Source: Chrysomallon squamiferum (Eukaryota > Animalia > Mollusca). Taken from it: a stretch of 64,000 bases of DNA. A model generated the notes under the pieces. That model was not told the DNA's origin. It saw only the letters and a program-made list of their open reading frames with translations, and ran no database searches. Each line of letters begins with the position of its first letter. Position 1 is the first letter of the stretch. Positions 62,008-64,000 of the stretch are shown here, one piece after another. Where the stretch lies: assembly GCA_012295275.1 (NCBI GenBank), contig CM022678.1:4464001-4528000 (forward strand), read 5' to 3'. The position numbers and the translations under genes are program-made.

Positions 62008-63657
62008 GCCCTTTCCATTATATTGTTGCTCAAAAAACAACAACAACAACGAGAAACTTAATATTATTAACATTTACTGTGATCAAAGTTTTATTTCTAA
62101 ATAGATCATTTTAATAAAATAATATAATTTGTCTTATAATAAAGCGATGTAATGAAATGTTGTGTTGTTTCTGTTTTCGTTGACGTAGTTGTTTTATTGT
62201 TATCTGAAACTGGATGTTGTTTGGAGAGCAATGATTGGAATGATATAAAGCATTATAGCTTTTGAAATGCAGTAAATATGAAAATTTTAACTTCTTCTTC
62301 TTCTTCTTCTTATTATTATTACTGCTACGTTCTCCAAACTATTCACTTTCTGTTCTTTAACCTATTTTTGACCGTTTTGAAACTACTCCACGTTCGTTCA
62401 TTATATGTTTTACAAATTACAAAACACATGAAATAAAATTTTATTTCTCTGCCTTTTGTACGTACGCCTGGTGTCTGCCAGTACTTCTTACGTTTGCTAA
62501 AAATAAACGGATTTGCTAATGTTTTTGTCAGCCATTATTAAATGCTGACCGATGACACGTCACAGCAATCTTGCTTCAGTCTTATCGGAAACTTTGAATT
62601 AAAATTTTGAACTCGCCAAACCACGAAAAATATCATACCTTCGTTTACAAAAGTACTATGAAATATAGTTGTCAGCTATCTTCTAAATCTGGCATTCGGA
62701 TTCGGAGCTGGCATTAACTGGGCCTGATGTGGTTCACGTTTAAGTCAGTTAAGTGTGCGATCAGTGTGTCTAGAACTGTGCAGTTTTCATGTGTGCAACA
62801 AATGAATAAGATTTTGAAATACAAGGCTTTCCTTTTTTACCGATTACATTTCTATAAAGTATTGCTGTAACTTTAATGCTACAGGCACTTCCCTTAATAT
62901 GACAGTAGTTTTATGATCCAAAACGTATCATATATACATCTGTTTTTTTCTTGTGAAAATAAATGCATAAAGAAAGAAAGAAAGAAAAAGAATGATAATA
63001 ATAAAGATAGAATTTAAAAAAATTGCGGTGTTAAAAACATATGATGGATAAGTTATGAAAATAAATGCATAAAGAAAAAATAATGATAATAATAAGAAAG
63101 AATTTAAAAAATGGCGATGTTAATAATAAGAAAGAATTTAAAAAATGGCGATGTTAAAAACATATGATGGATTGATTACATTGATTCAGTTCACTGACTA
63201 ATGCCGATGGGTGTGATCAGTGACGTCATCACGATTTGGTGGACGGGACAAAGGTGAAGAGGTCGACTATAGGGACAGAGACAGTGATACTGAACCAAAT
63301 TGTCAGTCAGCCAAACATTTAAATTGAATGTCACCTGGAGTTCGGTGACTTTTATTTATTTTTGGATTTTTAAAAAAAAAATTATTTTGTTTTGTTTTTT
63401 TGTCGATTTCTTTAATGAATCTTTATATATGGTTTTTTGTTTGTTCAGTTAAGACATGACTTTTAAATAAACTTTGCAATAAATATCAAAATACGCAACA
63501 TACCTCTGTGCTGAATCACTAATATAAATTATAATTAAAACAAATATTCAAATATATGCCCTAGCAATTCATCCATTGGGGTATTGTTATTCATCTTACT
63601 ATAGAATAACAGACATTCGCATGAAAAAAAAAAAAGATATAAAAATAAGGAAAATAA

Positions 63658-63739
<82 letters not shown>

Positions 63740-64000
63740 TAATTATTATTTTTAGATTTAATGATTCCGCGTTATATTACTGTGATATGGATCAAAGCTC
63801 CTAGGAGATACGAACAACAAACAAATCGTGTAGAAAAAAAAAATAAAAAAACACCTAAAAAAAACCCCATACAAATTAATCACCAAAACAAGAAAGCAAC
63901 GTAAATAAAGAATAAAAAAAGGTGATATATTTCAAGTTTGTGTACTAGTGAACACTACAGATCTTCTATACATTGGTAATGCTATACCTTTCATGTGGGT

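Overview
AT-rich, microsatellite-dense animal genomic DNA, probably a mollusc or other lophotrochozoan (inferred from gene and repeat style). I reconstructed five spliced protein-coding genes by hand. EEF1D (minus, 8565-16400) lies head-to-head with CHRAC1 (17267-18910). The others are an N-myristoylated protein with a cystin-1-like C-terminal motif (minus, 31629-40985), RPLP0 (43290-53025) and a two-exon methyltransferase-fold gene (58364-60618). The most striking structure is in the RPLP0 introns, which hold a dense small-RNA array: ten copies of one box H/ACA snoRNA, three U22/SNORD22-like C/D RNAs, an orphan C/D snoRNA and decayed fragments. The conserved 5' pocket of the H/ACA copies matches the 28S site equivalent to yeast Psi2944. 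Seven RNAs share intron 4 and four share intron 5. The 19-31 kb interval holds a decayed Tigger/pogo transposase, ~240-bp repeats and degraded coding-like sequence. Most entries in the ORF track are microsatellite artefacts. All homology calls come from remembered sequences; no searches were run.
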